Assembly (NCBI RefSeq): GCF_006345805.1
Contig: NW_021826641.1
Coordinates: 1 to 12,275 of the forward strand
DNA: 12,275 bases
DNA from: Octopus sinensis
Lineage: Eukaryota
Direction: 5' to 3'
In this document: one piece after another, positions 8,139 to 12,275 of the stretch
Position numbering within the stretch: the stretch's first letter is position 1
Layout of the letters: every line of letters starts with the position of its first letter
Program-made: the position numbers and the translations under genes
Notes under the pieces: generated by a model
Told to the model about the DNA's origin: nothing
Database searches by the model: none
What the model saw: only the letters and a program-made list of their open reading frames with translations

Positions 8139-8474
8139 ATGTTACAACTATGATGTTGTAGGTACATGTTCTTTGTCTATCTCCTTAACTTCTTGGAGAT
8201 CTTAGGTAAAATTATACTAATGTGTCCATCTGTTCTAATTTAATTAAATTCTATATCTTTGTGCAGCTGAAGATTGCTCTACATTTTAAGTTGATGTAAT
8301 AAAATGATTGCATTGTCCAATTAAATGGAGTTGCATGAAACGATTGTACTGCATTACCTCTGGATATCCTTCTTGCTTATTTTGATTTTAATCACCTTAC
8401 TTTGAAATTGTATGGATAATACCGTACTAAGTTCTGGTGCCTCAGCTTAAGTGCCATATTCATCTGAATATATA

Positions 8475-8477
<3 letters not shown>

Positions 8478-8508
<31 letters not shown>

Positions 8509-8540
8509 CACAACACACACACACACCACACACACACACC

Positions 8541-8590
<50 letters not shown>
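8478..8590. repeat. (TA)n-(CA)n microsatellite
   Basis: Read directly. Confidence 0.95.
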
Positions 8591-8592
<2 letters not shown>

Positions 8593-9009
8593 TACACCTT
8601 TATAAAATAGGTTTGCGTTTTCGGTTGTCTCCATATGTTCCGAAGTTTCCGGCCTGCAAAATAATGAGAAAAAAAAAAAAAAAAAAAGGAAATAATTATT
8701 TTTCATCCATTATAACTTGGTAATATTCCAATATATTTTTTGTTTCAATTGTTATATTTCCGCTTCTGATATTTGTTTTGACTCCAAGTTTATATATCTT
8801 CTTAAATAAGCTAGTATGTTAGGATCCAACGTTACATTTAAATCCAAGTTATTTTCTCTCCAAATTTTATACAAGTTTATTATCGTAGTTCGTTCCGGGT
8901 TGAAGTTCTGCTGTGAAATATATGCGTGTACGATAGAAATATATTCCTCTTCATATTTTCATCTGCTTTCTCATGTACTTTTTCTTTATTATTATATTAT
9001 TATTATTAT

Positions 9010-9108
9010 TCAGTAGTTTTTTTTATAGCGGCTTTCACTTCACTACCGAGCGCAGCTCTGTGTGCCTTGGGTATGTGCTGTGATTTGTTGTGATGCTCTG
9101 ATGGTTAT
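9010..9108 (-). mobile_element. Probable 5'-truncated 3' end of a non-LTR retrotransposon with a (TAA)n tail
   Basis: About 100 bp of complex sequence flanked on both sides by (TAT)n. On the minus strand it ends ...AAAACTACTG-(AATA)ATAATAAT. The class is inferred. Confidence 0.4.
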
Positions 9109-9118
9109 GTTATTATTA

Positions 9119-9154
<36 letters not shown>

Positions 9155-9345
9155 TATTATTAATATTATTATTATCATCATCATTATTATTATTTTATTA
9201 TTATTATATTATTATTTATTATTATATTATTATTATTAATATTAATTATTATCATCATTATATTATTATTATTATTATATTATATTATTATTATTATATA
9301 TTAACATCATCATCATCATCACTATCATTTTTGTTGTTGTTGTTA
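9108..9345. repeat. (TAT)n/(CAT)n/(TTG)n trinucleotide field
   Basis: Read directly. Confidence 0.95.
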
Positions 9346-9348
9346 TTT

Positions 9349-9498
9349 GGGCGGCGAGATGGCAGGATCTTTGGCATGTCGGAAAAAATGCCTTTCATCT
9401 CTTCTGAGATCGATAAAATAAAGTCTCCGTCAAGTACTGAGATCGATGATTTGCGCTAAACCCGCTTCCCTCAAAATGACTAGCTTTGTGCTTAAATT
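9349..9498 (+). mobile_element. SINE type C, internally deleted and diverged
   Basis: Starts GGGCGGCGAGATGGCAG (A-box-like). It jumps from AAAATGC directly to CTTTCATC, lacking the B-box segment (TTACGTTCTGAGTTCAAAT) present in 9795-9982. Confidence 0.7.
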
Positions 9499-9715
9499 AC
9501 TGTTGTTGCTGTTGTTGTTGTTGTTGTTGCTGGTATCACTATTCAAAAGCTATTAGAACTAATTTAATTAGGAAGAATATGATTTTGGTGACAACAAGTC
9601 TCATCAAATCCCAAGAATCTTTCTTTCTTAGGATACTTGAAGAACACAGGATGGCACTTTTCTGCAATTTCAGTATTCTTCAGCTTCATAAATAGTAGTT
9701 TGGTCATTGTACCAA

Positions 9716-9718
9716 GCG

Positions 9719-9767
<49 letters not shown>
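9716..9767. repeat. (GC)6-(AC)n alternating purine-pyrimidine tract
   Basis: Read directly. Confidence 0.95.
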
Positions 9768-9771
<4 letters not shown>

Positions 9772-9794
9772 CCACTACCTTAATAATAACTTCT

Positions 9795-9982
9795 GCGGTT
9801 TCAAATTTTAGCACAGGGCCAGCAGTTTTGGTTGGCGAAGGGGGAGTACTTGACAGGTGTTTAATTTATTGACCCCGAAAGGATGAAAAGCAAATTCGAC
9901 TTCGCCTGAATTTGAACTCAGAACGTAAAGACGGACGAAGCGCTGCTTAGCATTTTGTCCGGCGTGCTAACAGTTCTGCTAG
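9795..9982 (-). mobile_element. SINE type C, slightly 5'-truncated
   Basis: Reverse complement CTAGCAGAACTGTTAGCACGCCGGACAAAATGC...GAGTTCAAATTC (B box)...CTTTTCATCCTTTCGGGGTC...TGTGCTAAAATTTGAAACC, followed by a (TTA)n tail. Confidence 0.8.
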
Positions 9983-10029
9983 TTATAGTTATTATTATAG
10001 TTATAATAAGAACGATTACAACAGCACCA

Positions 10030-10396
10030 GCCCAGTGGTTAGGGCAGCGGACTCGCGGTCGGAGGATCGCGGTTTCGATTCCCAGACCGGGCGTTGTGTG
10101 TGTTTATTGAGCGAAAACATCTAAAGCTCCACGAGGCTCCGGCAGGGGGTGTTGGCGACCCTTGTTGTACTCTTTCGCTCCAACTTTCTCTCACTCTTTC
10201 TTCCTGTTTCTTGTCCCCGACTTCCTACGCAACCGCTGAACCTGGATGCGCATTCATTCATCCGTCGATGCTCTCGGTGTCGGGGGTTGACCTGCTTTCT
10301 CTTCTGCGGGTCTTACGAATAGCAAAGGACCACGTATCGGACTTCTCCCACTACGGACGAAGACTGCTTCGCTCAACAAACAAACAAACAAACAAA
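10030..10396 (+). mobile_element. SINE type A head/body with a different 3' tail (T2) ending in (CAAA)n
   Basis: 10030-10210 aligns with 4860-5041. 10211-10374 has no resemblance to tail T1 and ends in a stem-loop plus (CAAA)n. Confidence 0.85.
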
Positions 10397-10562
10397 GCAG
10401 CAGCAGCAACAACAACAGCAGCAGCAGCAACAATAGCAGCAGCAGCAAACATAATCGTACCAAAACGGCTCTCACAATTGCACCAATACACTAACAAACG
10501 GTAACTGCGATAACAACAAAAGCCACAATGAAGACAGCAACAATCACAGCTATATTAATCTC

Positions 10563-10722
10563 AACAAGAGCACTCGGAAAGCGCAAATCTCCGCCAAGTC
10601 AACACCAACGTCCTCTCAACGATTAACCGGAGATGATTTTTAAAATGAGAATATTTGAAATAAACTCGATTGCTCTCACAAACGAGAATACTAAAAATGA
10701 ACCTGACGGCTCTCAAAAATTA

Positions 10723-10767
<45 letters not shown>

Positions 10768-10965
10768 CAGGAAAAGTAATCCAGAATCTTTGTCCGGTAC
10801 CGGACCGATCCCAAAATCTAATCAGTTCATGCCAGCCACGAGGCCAAACATCCCTGAAAGTTTCATCCGAATTCATCCAGCGGTTCTTGAGATATCTTGT
10901 CCACGGACAAACAAACAACGCAACTGGAAACGATACCTCCGCTTTCGCTAAGGCGGAGGTAGTAA
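10563..10965 (-). mobile_element. Non-autonomous Helentron-associated (HINE / DINE-1-like) element
   Basis: On the minus strand: TT start, 5' subTIR plus partial inverted repeat forming the hairpin TACCTCCGC-TTTCGCTAAG-GCGGAGGTA (10934-10961), GTTTGTTTGTCCGT microsatellite-like stretch, 3' subTIR (ATCTCCGCC 10587-10595, 8 of 9 match to the 5' subTIR), 3' stem-loop GCGC-TTTCCGA-GTGC (10570-10584), and a TT end. Confidence 0.75.
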
Positions 10966-11106
10966 GCAGCAACTGTCATCAATCACAATCGTGTTAACGA
11001 CCAAAGCCTCAAATCACGGCAATAACCACAAGCACAATCAAGATCGCAATCTCAATACCCTCAACTACAACTGTGGCTGCAGCGCCCGGGCAGACCAACA
11101 ACAACA

Positions 11107-11676
11107 GTGGAGGCGCAATGGCCCAGTGGTTAGGGCAGCGGACTCGCGGTCGTAAGAACGCGGTTTCGATTCCCAGACCAGGCATTGTGAGTGTTTATTG
11201 AGCAAAAAACACCTAAGATCCACGAGGCTCCGGCGGAGGTGGGGAGTGAACCATGCTGTACTTTTTCACCACAACTTTCTCTCACCCTTTCTTCCTACTT
11301 CTGTCACAAAGTAGAGGAGCCATGGTGTAACCCACTATGGTGTGGTAAACTTTCAGACCCTAGTCTAGATTGCGAATCCTCTGTACCCCAGGATGGTTCA
11401 GCTCTCCACCCGTTAAAAAGCCACCGTTTACGGAATGAGGATAACAACGTGGCTTTCGCTCCCGTGCAACCGCCAGTCTATCGCGTGTGGTGGGTGGATC
11501 TCCAAGTTGCCGCACGCATTTTTAGTAGCTTAGAGTAGGCTCGAATTAGAGATTATTCTTTGTGGCTAATAATGGCGTGAGTCCTGAGTTCTGATTAGGA
11601 GAAGAAGAAGAAGGAGGAGAAGAAGAAGAAGAAGAAGAAGAAGAAGAAGAAGAAAAGAAGAAGAAGAAGAAGACGA
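11107..11676 (+). mobile_element. SINE type A head/body with a third 3' tail (T3) ending in (GAA)n; probable TSD
   Basis: 11107-11304 aligns with 4847-5044. 11305-11598 is unrelated to T1 and T2. (GAA)n runs 11599-11673. CAACAACAACA flanks both ends (11096-11106 / 11677-11687), though it is low complexity. Confidence 0.85.
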
Positions 11677-11808
11677 CAACAACAACAGCAACAATCACTT
11701 TAATAACACTCACATGCGTAATCACAACAAACCGAGACACATAGCAGTAAAATTATGCCACCATTAGAAAAGTGATCTATCTGGCCTTTAGTGTTAATGT
11801 TGTGGTTG

Positions 11809-12165
11809 CTGCTGCGACTGCTGCTGCTGCTACACTACTACTACTACTACTACTACTACTACATCACCACCTTCACGACCACTACTCGTGTGTTGGTTGT
11901 AGCGATGGTGGTGATATAGCCGGCATTGCTGGTGACTGTACTTGTAGTAGTAGTAGTAATAGTAGTAGCAGCAGCAGCAACATTAGTAGTAGTAGTAGTA
12001 GTAGTAGTAGCAGCAGCAGTAGTAGTAGTAGTGGTATTAGTAGTGGTAGTAGTAGTAGTAGTAGTGGTGGTGGTGGTAGTAGTAGTAGTAGTTGTAGCAG
12101 CAGCAGCAGTAGTAGTAGTAGTAGTAATAGTAGTAAGTAGTAGTAGTATAGTAGTAGTAGTAGTG
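11809..12165. repeat. (CTG)n/(CTA)n then (TAG)n/(CAG)n/(TGG)n trinucleotide field
   Basis: Read directly. It explains the poly-S/V/L ORFs at 11772-12229. Confidence 0.95.
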
Positions 12166-12275
12166 GCAGCCGCGATACCGGGTTGGGGGGGGTTATGAAG
12201 GCAGCATGTTTTTTAAATCGATAACTCAAAAAACCGAAAAAAAAGCATCCTCATCCTTGAACCCCTAAACTTCCC

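Noticed and set aside
8233-8300. Plus-strand branch point and acceptor (TTCTAAT...TTTGTGCAG at 8266)
   Set aside because: All three downstream frames stop within 11 codons and there is no donor.
8745-8905. Minus-strand open frame and an ELQPGTNY peptide resembling FN3
   Set aside because: The FN3-like peptide stops after a few residues and lacks the hydrophobic pattern. The longer frame has no recognisable similarity.
154-12229. Long ORFs in the six-frame track (YIHT, MYVC, poly-S/V/L, HTHT peptides)
   Set aside because: They arise from stop-free microsatellite frames or SINE bodies, and none shows a recognisable protein domain.
1-12275. CRISPR array or prokaryotic defence system
   Set aside because: No regularly spaced direct repeats with unique spacers and no operon-like ORFs. 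The sequence is eukaryotic repeat DNA.

Overview
Repeat-saturated, essentially non-coding animal DNA, most likely octopod cephalopod (Octopus-type); this is inferred from the tRNA-derived SINE families and the extreme microsatellite density. I find no convincing protein-coding gene, and the long ORFs in the track are read-throughs of (CATA)n/(TATG)n/(CA)n/(TAG)n microsatellites. The window holds about 11 copies or fragments of four tRNA-headed SINE types (my labels K, A, B, C), a DINE-1/HINE-like non-autonomous Helentron element, a Penelope-like pLTR fragment, and several decayed LINE relics. Three signals stand out. (1) A minimal type-I hammerhead ribozyme core (CUGACGA-A-GAGC-UCC-GCUC-GAAA-CGUU) at 5802-5836, of the palindromic dimer-cleaving Penelope-associated kind, nested inside a SINE. 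(2) Combinatorial SINE architecture: one head carries three unrelated 3' tails, and one tail carries two different heads. (3) Several inverted SINE pairs and inverted microsatellites that would give long dsRNA if transcribed. All family names come from pattern recognition, not database searches.
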